The notes beneath the pieces were generated by a model, which ran no database searches, was not told the DNA's origin, and was given only the letters and a program-made list of their open reading frames with translations. A stretch of DNA of 64,000 bases from Thermodesulfobacteriota bacterium. GTDB taxonomy: Bacteria; Desulfobacterota; GWC2-55-46; JADFVP01. Location: NCBI GenBank assembly GCA_046754225.1, contig JBHHVI010000004.1:147-64146 (forward strand), given 5' to 3'. Positions 47,670-58,751 of this stretch are shown here, piece by piece; the first letter of the stretch is position 1, and each line of letters begins with the position of its first letter. The position numbers were made by a program, and so were the translations under genes.

Positions 47670-49469
47670 ATGATAGACAGAGAGAGGATACGCAATTTTT
47701 CCATTATCGCCCATATAGACCACGGCAAATCCACGCTCTCCGATCGCCTCCTTGAGTACACCGGGACCGTCACAAAGCGGGAGATGGTCAAACAGTTTAT
47801 GGACAAGATGGACCTTGAAAGGGAGAGGGGCATAACCATAAAGGCCCAGACGGCGCGGCTCATTTACAGGGCCCTCGACGGCAAGGACTATATCCTGAAC
47901 CTCATAGACACGCCCGGGCACGTGGACTTCAGTTACGAGGTGAGTAGATCTCTTTCGGCCTGCGAGGGGGCCATACTCATCGTGGACGCCTCACAGGGCG
48001 TGGAGGCCCAGACCCTCGCGCACCTGTACACGGCCGTTGACGTGGGCCTTGATATCATACCGGTCCTTAATAAGATAGACCTGCCGCAGGCCGAGCCTGA
48101 GAGGGTGAAGAGCGAGATAGAGGACGTGCTCGGCCTTGACGCCTCCGGGGCCGTACTTGCGAGCGCCAAGGAAGGGATAGGGATACGCGAGACCCTTGAG
48201 GCGATAGTCCAGAGGATACCTCCGCCGTCGGGCGACGCTGAAAAGCCCTTGAAGGCCCTCGTATTCGACTCATGGTACGATATCTACCAGGGGGTGATAA
48301 TACAGATACGGGTATTCGACGGCGTTATAAGGAAGGGGACGAAAATAAAATTTTTCGCCACGGGAAAGACCTTTGATGTGGAGAGTACGGGGGTCTTCAC
48401 GCCCCATCCGCAAAGGATTGATGAACTCGGCCCCGGAGAGGTGGGCTTCGTTATAGCGGGCATAAAAGAGGTAAGGGACACGAGCGTGGGCGATACGCTT
48501 ACCGACGCTTCGAGACCCGCCGGCGAGGCCCTTCCGGGCTACAAGGCGGTAAAGGCCATGGTCTTCAGCGGCCTCTACCCCGTCGATTCCTCACAGTACG
48601 AAAACCTAAAGGAGGCGGTTATAAAACTCCGGCTCAACGACTCCTCTTTCTCCTTTGAGCCGGAGAGCTCCCTTGCCCTCGGTTTCGGCTTCAGGTGCGG
48701 TTTTCTCGGCCTCTTCCATATGGAGATTATAAGGGAGAGGCTCGAGAGGGAATACGGCCTTGAGCTCATCACCACGGCCCCCACCGTCTCCTACAGGGTT
48801 ACGAAGACGGACGGAGAGGTTATATACGTGGAAAACCCCACGGACCTGCCCACTCCCCAGTACATAGAAGGGATAGAGGAGCCCTATATACTTGCCACCC
48901 TCCACCTGCCTTCCACGTACCTCGGGGCGGTCTTAAAGCTCTGCGAGGCGCGACGGGGCATACAGAAGGAGATAAAGTACATAACCACCGAGAGGGTGCT
49001 CGTAGAGTACGAACTGCCCCTTAACGAAGTGGTTATGGATTTTTACGACAGATTGAAGACCATTACAAAGGGGTACGCCTCCCTCGATTACGAATACCTT
49101 GACTTTAGAAAATCGGACCTCATAAAACTCGATATCCTCATCAACGGCGAACCGGTAGACGCCCTGTCGCTGATAGTCCCCAGAGACAGGGCCTACGTGA
49201 GGGGAAAAGAACTTGTGGAGAAGATGAGGGAGATTATACCGAGGCAGATGTTCGAGGTCGTCCTTCAGGCGGCCATTGGAAGCCGCATTATAGCCCGAGA
49301 GTCCATAAAGGCCATGAGAAAGAACGTCACGGCAAAGTGCTACGGCGGCGATATAACGAGAAAGAGAAAACTTATCCAGAAGCAGAAAGAGGGTAAGAAG
49401 AGGATGAAGCAGGTGGGAAGGGTGGAAATACCTCAGGAGGCCTTCCTCGCCGTCCTCAAGGTGAGCTGA
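47670..49469 (+). CDS. lepA: elongation factor 4 (LepA)
   Basis: G domain ([23 protein letters not shown]) and LepA-specific C-terminal domain; 599 aa. Confidence 0.95.
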   Translation: MIDRERIRNFSIIAHIDHGKSTLSDRLLEYTGTVTKREMVKQFMDKMDLERERGITIKAQTARLIYRALDGKDYILNLIDTPGHVDFSYEVSRSLSACEGAILIVDASQGVEAQTLAHLYTAVDVGLDIIPVLNKIDLPQAEPERVKSEIEDVLGLDASGAVLASAKEGIGIRETLEAIVQRIPPPSGDAEKPLKALVFDSWYDIYQGVIIQIRVFDGVIRKGTKIKFFATGKTFDVESTGVFTPHPQRIDELGPGEVGFVIAGIKEVRDTSVGDTLTDASRPAGEALPGYKAVKAMVFSGLYPVDSSQYENLKEAVIKLRLNDSSFSFEPESSLALGFGFRCGFLGLFHMEIIRERLEREYGLELITTAPTVSYRVTKTDGEVIYVENPTDLPTPQYIEGIEEPYILATLHLPSTYLGAVLKLCEARRGIQKEIKYITTERVLVEYELPLNEVVMDFYDRLKTITKGYASLDYEYLDFRKSDLIKLDILINGEPVDALSLIVPRDRAYVRGKELVEKMREIIPRQMFEVVLQAAIGSRIIARESIKAMRKNVTAKCYGGDITRKRKLIQKQKEGKKRMKQVGRVEIPQEAFLAVLKVS

Positions 49470-49533
49470 AGACTCAACCCTTTCTGGGTAGGCGCGTTGG
49501 AAATAATGCGGGAGGTTTTCATAAGGTAGCGAT

Positions 49534-50253
49534 ATGGGTAACAAAATAGAAAAAGAGGGTGAAATAGAAGGTCTTGAGAGGCCCCCGGGCTCCGCGCCCC
49601 CGAAGGGCAAAAAGAAGAGGCAGTTAAAAGAGACCATCGAGGCCGTTATCATAGCCCTCGTCCTCGCCCTCTTTATAAGGACCTTCGTGATACAGGCCTT
49701 CAAGATACCTTCGAGCTCCATGGAGGATACGCTCCTTATAGGCGACCACATAATAGTGAGTAAATTCTCCTACGGCATACAGATACCGAGGCCCGCGATT
49801 ATAAGGTTTCTCGGCCTTCCCGTGCCTTTCTTCTCGACAAGGCTTTTTAACGTATGGGGCAATATTAACAGGGGGGACATTATAGTATTCCGTTTCCCCG
49901 GCGACAGGACGAAGGACTACATCAAAAGGGCGGTCGGCCTTCCCGGCGACTCCATAGAGATAAGGGACAGGGTTATATATATAAACGGAAAGAAGGTCGA
50001 CGACCCCTGGGCGGTGCACAAGGGCTGGCCTTACGGCGTCGATTCCGAGAAGGGCGACTACTTCGGGCCATATACCGTGCCCGAGGGGCACGTATTCGCC
50101 ATGGGCGACAACAGGGAGAGGAGCTTCGATTCCCGCTTCTGGGGCCCCGTGCCCATAAACGACATAAAGGGCAAGGCCTTCCTCATCTACTGGTCATGGA
50201 ACAAGAACAGCCACTGGATAAGGGGCTCCAGGATTTTAAAGCGCCTCCATTAG
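49534..50253 (+). CDS. lepB: signal peptidase I
   Basis: Catalytic Ser box (PSSSMEDTL), Lys box (YIKRAVGLPGD) and GDNRERSFDSR; lepA-lepB synteny. Confidence 0.9.
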   Translation: MGNKIEKEGEIEGLERPPGSAPPKGKKKRQLKETIEAVIIALVLALFIRTFVIQAFKIPSSSMEDTLLIGDHIIVSKFSYGIQIPRPAIIRFLGLPVPFFSTRLFNVWGNINRGDIIVFRFPGDRTKDYIKRAVGLPGDSIEIRDRVIYINGKKVDDPWAVHKGWPYGVDSEKGDYFGPYTVPEGHVFAMGDNRERSFDSRFWGPVPINDIKGKAFLIYWSWNKNSHWIRGSRILKRLH

Positions 50254-50392
50254 GCGTTTAGTCCGGCAGAGGGCGGGCCTTGAGGTTAGAAATCCGTTGA
50301 AGGTTTTTTTTATTGATGTTATAAGGCCTTTATGTGATTTTTTAATCATTCCGGTCAGTTCGGGCGTTTAAGAGGCTTTATGGAGCCGGGAG

Positions 50393-51340
50393 TTGAAGGT
50401 GTCTGCCCTTATTGATGAATTTCTTACGTACCTTGCGGTGGAGAGGAATTATTCTCTCCACACGAGGCTCGCTTATTCAAGGGATTTAAGGCAGTTTTTT
50501 GATTTCTTAAAAGGCCTGCCTCGCGGGGCCGGCTGCGAACCCTTTGACATATTAAAGGTGGATGAGGAGGCCGTAAGGGCCTTTGTCCAGGCCCTTTATT
50601 ATAGATGCTCGAAGGCGTCCATAGCGAGGAAACTCTCTTCCATAAGGAGTTTCTTCAGGTTTCTCTCGAAGAAGGGTTTTTTGAGGAAAAACCCGGCCGA
50701 ACTTGTGCCGACGCCGAAGGTTGAAAAATATCTCCCCTCGGTACTCACCGCGGAGGAGGCCTTCAGCCTGCTCTCGGCCGCTAAGGCCAGGCCGGCAACA
50801 TTAGAGAACCTGAGGGACCGCGCCATAGTCGAAGTCCTTTACTCCTCGGGCATAAGGGTAAGTGAGCTTACGGGGCTGAAACTTAAAGACCTCGACCTTG
50901 AGGGCGCTACTATCAGGGTCCTGGGAAAGGGCGGAAAGTCCAGGATTGCCTTTCTCGGCGTGGAGGCCGTCACTTCGGTCCGGGCCTATTTAAAAGGGCA
51001 CAGGGGCAGGGTAAAAGAATTTTCCGCCGGCGAAGGGGCCACGCTCTTTACGGGCAGGGGCGGCGGGCCCCTATCCGAAAGGACGGTACAGAGGATAATA
51101 AAGAAATACGCGGCCCTTGGCGGGATAAACAAGAGCCCTACGCCCCACAGCCTGAGGCACAGTTTCGCCACCCACCTGCTGGACGCCGGCCTTGATTTGA
51201 GGTCGATCCAGGAGATGCTCGGCCACAGTAAACTCTCCACCACCCAGAGATATACGAAGGTGGGGGTGGAGCGCATAATGGATGCCTACGACAGGGCCCA
51301 TCCGAGGGCGAAAAAGAAAGTGAATGGTGAACCCTTTTAA
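50393..51340 (+). CDS. xerC: tyrosine recombinase XerC/XerD
   Basis: N-terminal SAM-like domain; catalytic R...HxxR...Y ([18 protein letters not shown]); xerC-hslV-hslU synteny. TTG or GTG start (50393 or 50399). Confidence 0.88.
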   Translation: MKVSALIDEFLTYLAVERNYSLHTRLAYSRDLRQFFDFLKGLPRGAGCEPFDILKVDEEAVRAFVQALYYRCSKASIARKLSSIRSFFRFLSKKGFLRKNPAELVPTPKVEKYLPSVLTAEEAFSLLSAAKARPATLENLRDRAIVEVLYSSGIRVSELTGLKLKDLDLEGATIRVLGKGGKSRIAFLGVEAVTSVRAYLKGHRGRVKEFSAGEGATLFTGRGGGPLSERTVQRIIKKYAALGGINKSPTPHSLRHSFATHLLDAGLDLRSIQEMLGHSKLSTTQRYTKVGVERIMDAYDRAHPRAKKKVNGEPF

Positions 51341-51414
51341 TACCCGCCTGTGAGGCTACAGGGTGGGTTGAAAAGGGGTGGGGACAATTTTTACGAGTCA
51401 CTGATTACGGCAAC

Positions 51415-51969
51415 TTGAGGGAGGTCCTTTTGACAACGACTTTTCACGGCACTACTATTATAGCGGTCAGGCGCGCCGGTAAGGTGGCTATAGCCGGAGA
51501 CGGCCAGGTGACCCTCGGGACAACGATTATGAAAAGGGGCGCGGTGAAGATAAGGCGGATGAAGGGCGCGGAAGTGCTCGCCGGTTTCGCCGGCTCCACC
51601 GCCGACGCCCTGACCCTCTTCGACAAGTTCGAGGCGAAACTCGAGGAGTTCAGGGGCAATATAACGAGGGCCGCCGTGGAGCTCGCCAAGGACTGGAGGA
51701 CGGACAGGATCCTGAGGAGGCTCGAAGCGCTCCTCATAGTCGCCGACAGAGAGCATACCTTCATCATCTCTGGAAGCGGCGACGTCCTTGAGCCTGAAGA
51801 CTCGATAGCGGCCATAGGCTCTGGCGGGCCCTATGCCGCGGCCGCCGCCCGGATGCTCATGAAGCACACGGACCTCGACGCCAGGGCCGTCGCCGAGGAG
51901 GCGCTCACCACGGCGGCGGGGATCTGCATATACACCAACGACAATATTTCAATAGAGGAACTCTCCTGA
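51415..51969 (+). CDS. hslV: ATP-dependent protease subunit HslV (with a short N-terminal propeptide)
   Basis: [23 protein letters not shown]... is canonical HslV with catalytic Thr preceded by ~11 extra residues ([12 protein letters not shown]). An alternative TTG start at 51430 would shorten this. Confidence 0.88.
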   Translation: MREVLLTTTFHGTTIIAVRRAGKVAIAGDGQVTLGTTIMKRGAVKIRRMKGAEVLAGFAGSTADALTLFDKFEAKLEEFRGNITRAAVELAKDWRTDRILRRLEALLIVADREHTFIISGSGDVLEPEDSIAAIGSGGPYAAAAARMLMKHTDLDARAVAEEALTTAAGICIYTNDNISIEELS

Positions 51970-52004
51970 AGGGGTCCGGTAAAGGCAGAAGAAGGGGTTT
52001 TTTT

Positions 52005-52061
52005 GAGAAGAGAAATTTTACGCCCGGAGAGATAGTCTCGGAGCTTGAACAATACATGTAA
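52005..52061 (+). repeat. degenerate tandem duplicate of the hslU 5' end in the hslV-hslU spacer
   Basis: gagaagAGAAATTTTACGCCCgGAGAGATAGTcTCgGAgCTTGAacAatAcATgTAA aligns with the true hslU start atgAGAAATTTTACGCCCaGAGAGATAGTtTCtGAaCTTGAtaAgtAtATaATA (52085..). Encodes ..KRNFTPGEIVSELEQYM* with no start codon. Confidence 0.7.
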
Positions 52062-52084
52062 AGGCATAAGAGGTGATAGTTTAG

Positions 52085-53440
52085 ATGAGAAATTTTACGC
52101 CCAGAGAGATAGTTTCTGAACTTGATAAGTATATAATAGGGCAGGCTCAGGCCAAAAGGGCCGTGGCCATCGCGCTCAGGAACAGGTGGCGCCGCAGGCA
52201 GGTCAGCCCGGATCTCCGTGACGAGATAGCCCCCAAGAACATCATAATGATAGGGCCCACGGGCGTGGGCAAGACAGAGATATCAAGGAGGCTCGCGAAA
52301 CTGGCCCAGGCCCCTTTCATAAAGGTTGAGGCGAGTAAATTCACCGAAGTCGGTTATGTGGGCCGTGACGTGGAGTCCATAATAAGGGACTTGACGGAAC
52401 TCTCCGTTAAGATGGTAAAGGACGAGGAGAAGGTAAAGGTGGAGGTCAGGGCGAGGGAGGCCGCCGAAGAGAGGCTCCTCGATTACCTCCTCCCCCCTGT
52501 TACGGAGCCGCCATATAAGGAGATGGATGAGGAGAAGGTGGCCGGGGAGAGGGACCTTCAGAAGACTACGAGGGGGAAATTAAAAAAACTCCTGCGCGAA
52601 GGCAAGCTCGACGACAGGTCTGTGGAGATAGAGACGGCCGAGCAGAAAACGCCTGTTGTGGAGATACTCTCGGCCTCGGGCGCCGAAGAGATGGATATGA
52701 ACCTGAAGGACATGTTCTCAAACCTCTTCCCCAAAAAAACGAAGAAGAGGAAGGTCAAGGTCCCGGAGGCGCTGACGGTGCTCGCGGCCGAGGAGGCCCA
52801 GAGGCTAATCGACATGGACAGGGTTACGAAGAGCGCCGTTGAGAGGGTTGAGCAGTCCGGTATCGTCTTCGTTGACGAGATAGACAAGATCGCCGGCCGC
52901 CAGTCCGGTCAGGGCCCGGACATCTCACGCGAAGGCGTACAGAGAGACCTCCTGCCCATAGTGGAGGGCTCCACGATAAACACCAAGTACGGCATGGTAA
53001 AGACGGACCATATACTGTTTATAGCCTCAGGCGCATTTCATGTCTCCAAACCGTCAGACCTTATCCCTGAGTTTCAGGGGAGGTTCCCCATAAGGGTGGA
53101 GCTTGAGACCCTCGGCGAGGCTGAGTTCATCCGCATCTTGACCGAGCCCGAGAACGCCCTCTTGAAACAGTACAAGGAACTTCTCGAGACCGAGGATATT
53201 GAAATAGAATATACCGACGACGCCGTTAAGGAGATAGCCTCGATAGCGGCGGTGGTAAACGACAGGATGGAAAATATAGGGGCCAGAAGGCTCCATACGG
53301 TGATGGAAAGGGTCTTTGACGAGATATCGTTCTCGGCGCCCGATATGGGCAGGGAGAAGGTCGTGATAGACAGGGGGTACGTTCAGAAGAGGCTCTCCGA
53401 CATCGTGAAGGACGAGGACCTTTCGAGATACATCCTGTAA
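52085..53440 (+). CDS. hslU: ATP-dependent protease ATPase subunit HslU
   Basis: [20 protein letters not shown], Walker [17 protein letters not shown]-domain, sensor motifs; 451 aa. Confidence 0.95.
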   Translation: MRNFTPREIVSELDKYIIGQAQAKRAVAIALRNRWRRRQVSPDLRDEIAPKNIIMIGPTGVGKTEISRRLAKLAQAPFIKVEASKFTEVGYVGRDVESIIRDLTELSVKMVKDEEKVKVEVRAREAAEERLLDYLLPPVTEPPYKEMDEEKVAGERDLQKTTRGKLKKLLREGKLDDRSVEIETAEQKTPVVEILSASGAEEMDMNLKDMFSNLFPKKTKKRKVKVPEALTVLAAEEAQRLIDMDRVTKSAVERVEQSGIVFVDEIDKIAGRQSGQGPDISREGVQRDLLPIVEGSTINTKYGMVKTDHILFIASGAFHVSKPSDLIPEFQGRFPIRVELETLGEAEFIRILTEPENALLKQYKELLETEDIEIEYTDDAVKEIASIAAVVNDRMENIGARRLHTVMERVFDEISFSAPDMGREKVVIDRGYVQKRLSDIVKDEDLSRYIL

Positions 53441-53469
53441 TAATAAAAAGATAATCAAGAGAAGGCGAA

Positions 53470-54345
53470 GTGAAAAAACGTATCGAGACTATAAAGACGC
53501 TCTTTGAGGCCCTGCCCTACATCAGGAAATTTTATAACAAGACCGTTGTTATAAAGTACGGCGGGTCCGCCATGGTGGAGGAGTCGCTTAAAAAGAGTTT
53601 CGCCCGCGACGTGGTCCTTATGAAGTACGTGGGTTTGAACCCCGTTATAGTCCACGGCGGGGGGCCCCAGATAGGAGGGCTCCTTGAAAGGCTCGGTAAG
53701 GAGACAAAGTTCGTAAAGGGGATACGCGTCACCGACGACGAGACGATGGACGTCGTCGAGATGGTCCTCGTGGGCAAGGTTAATAAGGAGATAGTGGGCC
53801 TTATAAATTTTTACGGCGGGAGGGCCGTGGGTCTCGGCGGCAAGGACGGCGCCCTGATAAAGGCGAAGAGGCTGAAGATCAGGGGCGCGGAGATGGGCCT
53901 TGTGGGGGATGTGGAGAGTATAAACCCGGCGGTCATAGAGTCGCTTGAGGAGAGCAGTTTTATCCCCGTTATAGCGCCCGTTGGAGGCGGCGCGGACGGC
54001 AGGAGCTACAATATAAACGCCGACACTGTGGCTGGAAAAGTCGCCTCGGCCCTTAAGGCCGAAAAGCTCATGCTGCTGACCGACGTGCAGGGGGTACTGG
54101 ACAAGAAAAAAAATCTTATATCCACCCTGAGCCTTGCCGAATCGAGAAAACTTATAACGGGCAAGGTCGCCTCCGGCGGCATGATACCGAAGTTAAAATG
54201 CTGCATCGAGGCCGTGGCCTCGGGTGTTGAAAGGGCGCACATCATAGACGGCAGAGTGGAGCACGCCGTGCTCCTCGAGGTCTTTACAGACGCCGGCATA
54301 GGCACCGTTATAGCGCGTAGAAGCAATCTAACTAACCTCCGGTAG
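53470..54345 (+). CDS. argB: acetylglutamate kinase
   Basis: Amino-acid kinase fold ([18 protein letters not shown]); GTG start. Confidence 0.9.
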   Translation: MKKRIETIKTLFEALPYIRKFYNKTVVIKYGGSAMVEESLKKSFARDVVLMKYVGLNPVIVHGGGPQIGGLLERLGKETKFVKGIRVTDDETMDVVEMVLVGKVNKEIVGLINFYGGRAVGLGGKDGALIKAKRLKIRGAEMGLVGDVESINPAVIESLEESSFIPVIAPVGGGADGRSYNINADTVAGKVASALKAEKLMLLTDVQGVLDKKKNLISTLSLAESRKLITGKVASGGMIPKLKCCIEAVASGVERAHIIDGRVEHAVLLEVFTDAGIGTVIARRSNLTNLR

Positions 54346-54441
54346 GGAGGTAAGGGGCCCGGCCCGCCGCCTGAATTTTGCCGCCTGACACTTCGCGCGC
54401 CGCCGGCCCTTTTTGTCTTTACCGTTTCTTAAGGAGTTTTT

Positions 54442-55629
54442 TTGACGAACAAAGAGATAATAGCATTGACGGACCGCCACGTGGCCGGGACCTATAAGCG
54501 TTTTCCCATTGCCGTAGTGAGGGGTAAGGGGCTCAGGGTCTGGGACGGAGATGGAAAGGAGTACCTCGACTTCACCGCGGGGCTTGCCGTCTGTAATCTC
54601 GGCCACTGCCACCCGGCTGTGGTGGAGGCCGTAAAGAGGCAGGCGGAAAAACTTATCCATATCTCCAACCTCTATTACATCGGCCCTCAGGCCGAACTCG
54701 CGGGCCTCCTTACGGAGAACTCCTTCGCCGACCGCGTATTTTTCTGTAACTCCGGGGCCGAGGCCAACGAGGCGGCCATAAAGCTCGCCAGAAAATATTT
54801 TTCCGACAGGCGCGAGCCCCGCTTCAAGATAGTCTCAATGGAGAAATCCTTTCACGGCAGGACCTTCGCGGCGTTGGCGGCTACGGGTCAGGAGAAGGTC
54901 CGTAAGGGTTACGAGCCTGTGCTTGAAAAATTCACCTATATCCCCTTTAACGACCTCGGCGCCGTAAAAGAGGCCGTTGACGAGGCCACGGCCGCCGTCA
55001 TGGTGGAGCCCATTCAGGGCGAGGGAGGGGTGAACGTGCCTGAAGAGGGTTATCTCAAAAGGCTCAAGGAGGTTTGCGAGGAGAGAGGGGCGCTTCTCAT
55101 ATTCGACGAGGTGCAGGTGGGGGTCGGAAGGACTGGAAAGCTCTTCGCCTATGAAAATTACGGCGTTACGCCCGACATAATGACGCTCGCCAAGGGGCTC
55201 GCCGGAGGGGTGGCCATGGGGGCCATGCTCGCCACCGAGGACGTCGCCTCGGCCTTCGGCCCCGGAAGCCACGCCTCGACCTTCGGCGGAAACCCGCTCT
55301 CCGCGGCCGCGGGAGTTGCCGCCGTCAGGGCGATAGCCGGGGAAGGGGTCCTTGACAACACCGTAAGGGTGGGGGAGTACCTTTTGAATGTGTTAAATGG
55401 GCTTAAGGAAAAATACGGGTTCATAACGGAGGTAAGGGGCAGGGGGCTTATACTCGGCATGGAGCTCGAGGCCCCGGCCGGCGTTATAGTAAAAGAATGC
55501 CTTGAAAGAGGCCTCCTTTTAAACGCCATAGGAGACAATGTGCTGCGCTTTATCCCGCCGTTAATCATTACGGAAAAAGAGGTGGATGAGATGGCGGGGA
55601 TACTCGGCGGGGTGCTCGATGGGGTTTAA
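54442..55629 (+). CDS. argD: acetylornithine aminotransferase
   Basis: Class III PLP aminotransferase (FCNSGAEANEAAIKLARK, DEVQVGVGRTGK, TLAKGLAGG); TTG start. Confidence 0.88.
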   Translation: MTNKEIIALTDRHVAGTYKRFPIAVVRGKGLRVWDGDGKEYLDFTAGLAVCNLGHCHPAVVEAVKRQAEKLIHISNLYYIGPQAELAGLLTENSFADRVFFCNSGAEANEAAIKLARKYFSDRREPRFKIVSMEKSFHGRTFAALAATGQEKVRKGYEPVLEKFTYIPFNDLGAVKEAVDEATAAVMVEPIQGEGGVNVPEEGYLKRLKEVCEERGALLIFDEVQVGVGRTGKLFAYENYGVTPDIMTLAKGLAGGVAMGAMLATEDVASAFGPGSHASTFGGNPLSAAAGVAAVRAIAGEGVLDNTVRVGEYLLNVLNGLKEKYGFITEVRGRGLILGMELEAPAGVIVKECLERGLLLNAIGDNVLRFIPPLIITEKEVDEMAGILGGVLDGV

Positions 55630-55682
55630 ACTTCATCTTTGATTCCTTGTTTGTCTTTGTCAAAAAGTATTAAGGATGGCTT

Positions 55683-56618
55683 ATGCATCTGCTAAGAATC
55701 TTCGATCTAAAAAAGACCGATATAGATAACCTCCTCATAAGGGCGGCTTCTTTAAAGGAGCGGCACCGTAAGGGGATACCCCACCACCCCTTGAGGGGAA
55801 GGGTATTAGGGCTTATATTCGAGAAGTCCTCGACAAGGACGCGCGTATCCTTTGAGACGGCCATGTACCATCTCGGCGGCTCCGCCATCTTCATAAGCCC
55901 GCGGGATTCGCAGATAGGCCGGGGCGAGCCCATAAAGGACACCTCGCGCGTCATGTCCGGATACGTGGACGGCGTCGTCATAAGGACCTTCGGCCATGAG
56001 AAGATTGAGGAGTACGCCCGGTACTCAACGGTGCCGGTCATAAACGGCCTTACCGACGCCCACCACCCCTGCCAGGTCCTTTCCGATATATTGACCGTCG
56101 TGGAGAAGAAGGGGTCTTACAAGGGGATAAAGGCCGCGTGGGTCGGCGACGGCAACAACATGGCCAACTCATGGATAGAGGCGGCGGCGCTCCTCGGCTT
56201 TGACCTGACCCTCGCCTGCCCCGAGGGGTACAGGCCCGCGGCGGAGTTTATAAAGGAGGCGAAGAAAAAAGCGTCATCGAAGATTCAAGTGGCGGCCTCC
56301 CCCGAGGAGGCTGTAAAGGGGGCCGACGTCATAAGCACCGATGTCTGGGCCTCAATGGGACAGGAGGAAGAGGAACGGGAGAGGGAAAAGGTCTTTAAGG
56401 GTTTCCAGCTCAATTCAGAAATATTGGCCCTCGCGAAGAAGGACGCCGTGGTCATGCACTGCCTTCCCGCACACAGGGGCGAGGAGATAACAGAAGAGGT
56501 CCTCGAAGGTAAAAGCTCCGTTGTCTGGGTCCAGGCGGAAAACAGGCTCCATATGCAGAAGGCCGTGCTCGAATGGCTTCTTGTTGAAGGCGGGGAAGGC
56601 GGCGAAGCCGTACGTTAA
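55683..56618 (+). CDS. argF: ornithine carbamoyltransferase
   Basis: STRTR carbamoyl-phosphate motif, HPCQ, HCLPAHRGEE. Confidence 0.92.
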   Translation: MHLLRIFDLKKTDIDNLLIRAASLKERHRKGIPHHPLRGRVLGLIFEKSSTRTRVSFETAMYHLGGSAIFISPRDSQIGRGEPIKDTSRVMSGYVDGVVIRTFGHEKIEEYARYSTVPVINGLTDAHHPCQVLSDILTVVEKKGSYKGIKAAWVGDGNNMANSWIEAAALLGFDLTLACPEGYRPAAEFIKEAKKKASSKIQVAASPEEAVKGADVISTDVWASMGQEEEEREREKVFKGFQLNSEILALAKKDAVVMHCLPAHRGEEITEEVLEGKSSVVWVQAENRLHMQKAVLEWLLVEGGEGGEAVR

Positions 56619-56658
56619 AGGTTTTTTATTATATTATGGAAAGAGAGAAGGAGTTTAA

Positions 56659-57873
56659 ATGGGAGAGAGCGTAAAGCGCGTTGTCCTCGCTTATTCAGGG
56701 GGGCTTGATACATCGGTCATAATAACATGGCTCAAGGAGAACTATGGCTGCGAGGTGGTCGCCTTTGTGGCCGATGTGGGCCAGGGCGCCGAGACAAAGG
56801 GGCTCAGGAAAAAGGCCATGGCCACGGGCGCGGAAAAGTTTTTCATGGCGGACCTCAAGGAAGAGTTCGTAAGGGACTTCGTCTTCCCCATGCTCCGGGC
56901 GGGGGCCGTTTACGAAGGCGAGTATCTGCTGGGCACCTCCATAGCGAGGCCCATTATAGCGAAGGCGCAGATGGATGTGGCGAAGAAGGTAAGGGCCGAC
57001 GGCGTGGCCCACGGCGCTACGGGCAAGGGTAACGACCAGGTTAGGTTTGAACTCGCCTATTACGCCATAAACCCCCATATAAAGGTCATAGCCCCTTGGC
57101 GGGAGTGGAGCATGAAGGGCAGGGCCGACCTCATACGCTACGCTAAAAGCCGCGGCATTCACGTTCCCGTTACGAGAAAAAAACCTTACAGCTCCGACGG
57201 AAACCTCTTTCATCTGAGTTTCGAGGGGGGAGTGCTTGAAGACCCCTACAGGGAGCCCCCGGAAGATATGTTCCATCTCACACGCTCCCCGGAGAAGGCC
57301 CCCGACAGGCCCACCTATATTGAGATAGGTTTTTCAAGGGGCAACCCCGTATCCATTAATGGTAAAAAACACTCTCCCGCCAAACTCCTGGCGAGCCTGA
57401 ACGCCACGGGGGGCAGGAACGGCGTCGGCAGGGTCGATATGGTGGAGAGCCGTTACGTGGGGATGAAGTCAAGGGGGATCTACGAGACCCCCGGCGGCAC
57501 TATTTTACACCACGCGAGAAGGGCCGTGGAGTCCATTACCATGGACAGAGACGTAATTCACCTGAGAAACGGTATCATGCCCCGCTACGCCGAACTCCTT
57601 TACTACGGCTACTGGTTTTCGCCTGAAAGGAAGGCGTTGCAGAGCCTCGTCGACGAGGCGGCCTCCGTTGTGACGGGCACGGCGCGCCTTAAACTCTACA
57701 AGGGCAACTGCACCATCGTCGGTAGAAAGGCGCCGGGCTCTCTCTATGACCCTCAGTTGGCCACCTTTGAAGAGGATACGGTCTACGACCAGAAGGACGC
57801 CGAGGGGTTTATAAAGATAAACGCCCTGAGGCTCAAATTGGACGCCATGATGGGTAAAAAATACTCTCGCTGA
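56659..57873 (+). CDS. argG: argininosuccinate synthase
   Basis: PP-loop AYSGGLDTS and ArgG-specific motifs ([20 protein letters not shown]). Confidence 0.93.
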   Translation: MGESVKRVVLAYSGGLDTSVIITWLKENYGCEVVAFVADVGQGAETKGLRKKAMATGAEKFFMADLKEEFVRDFVFPMLRAGAVYEGEYLLGTSIARPIIAKAQMDVAKKVRADGVAHGATGKGNDQVRFELAYYAINPHIKVIAPWREWSMKGRADLIRYAKSRGIHVPVTRKKPYSSDGNLFHLSFEGGVLEDPYREPPEDMFHLTRSPEKAPDRPTYIEIGFSRGNPVSINGKKHSPAKLLASLNATGGRNGVGRVDMVESRYVGMKSRGIYETPGGTILHHARRAVESITMDRDVIHLRNGIMPRYAELLYYGYWFSPERKALQSLVDEAASVVTGTARLKLYKGNCTIVGRKAPGSLYDPQLATFEEDTVYDQKDAEGFIKINALRLKLDAMMGKKYSR

Positions 57874-57910
57874 TTTCTGGTTTTAAAAAAAGACTCATAC
57901 GGGGCAGAGG

Positions 57911-58702
57911 GTGAAACTCGTAAGGTTTTTGCGGGAAGGAAAAAAGGGCTACGGCTTTATTGAAGAGGGCGTGGTTTACGGTCTGGACGACGGGGCCTTT
58001 TTCCGGGCGGCCGAAGATAAACCGGCAAAGGACGACTTGGGCTTCGGTATAGATGAGCTAAAATTACTCGCTCCGGTCATGCCTTCCAAGATAATAGCCC
58101 TGGGCCTTAATTACAGGGCGCACGCCGCCGAGTTCAACCTGGCCGTGCCAGATGAGCCCCTTATCTTCCTGAAACCTTCCACCTCTGTGGCGGGCCCCGG
58201 CGATGAAATCGTCTATCCCTCGCATATGTCCCGCAGGGTGGATTACGAGGGCGAGCTCGCCGTGGTTATAGCCAGGACCGCTAAAGACGTTACCGCGCCT
58301 GAGGCGCATAAATATATACTCGGCTATACCTGTTTTAACGATGTCACGGCGCGCGACCTTCAGGGAAGCGACGGTCAATGGACACGGGCGAAGAGTTTTG
58401 ATACCTTTTCTCCCCTCGGCCCGTGGATAGAGACAACCCTCAACGCGTCGGACGTAAAGATTGAGACCTTTTTGAACGGGGAGCTCCGCCAGAGTTCAAG
58501 GACAACGGACATGATATTCAACGTCTTTGAGATTATAAGTTTCGTCTCAAAGGTCATGACGCTTCTTCCCGGAGACGTAGTGGCCACGGGGACCCCGCCG
58601 GGCGTGGGCAGGATGAAGCCGGGGGATTCGGTAGCCGTGAGTATAGAAGGGATAGGGAGTCTTGAAAACACCGTCGCGGCGGCGGCGCCGTCCGGCGGTT
58701 GA
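57911..58702 (+). CDS. fumarylacetoacetate hydrolase (FAH) family protein
   Basis: FAH-fold motifs (KIIALGLNYRAHAAE, VDYEGELAVVI, SFDTFSPLGPW, GDVVATGTPPGVG); GTG start. Confidence 0.8.
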   Translation: MKLVRFLREGKKGYGFIEEGVVYGLDDGAFFRAAEDKPAKDDLGFGIDELKLLAPVMPSKIIALGLNYRAHAAEFNLAVPDEPLIFLKPSTSVAGPGDEIVYPSHMSRRVDYEGELAVVIARTAKDVTAPEAHKYILGYTCFNDVTARDLQGSDGQWTRAKSFDTFSPLGPWIETTLNASDVKIETFLNGELRQSSRTTDMIFNVFEIISFVSKVMTLLPGDVVATGTPPGVGRMKPGDSVAVSIEGIGSLENTVAAAAPSGG

Positions 58703-58751
58703 CGTTTTTTTCTAAAGCTGACGCAGGTATTTATCACTCAGGAGGCAGGAG

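Noticed and set aside
50393-51340. Tyrosine recombinase as a marker of an integrative mobile element
   Set aside because: It is housekeeping XerC in the conserved xerC-hslV-hslU arrangement, with no flanking repeats, att-like tRNA junction or phage genes.
54346-54441. Possible terminator or ARG box between argB and argD
   Set aside because: GC-rich direct (not inverted) repeats and a weak T-run; no recognisable ArgR operator half-sites.
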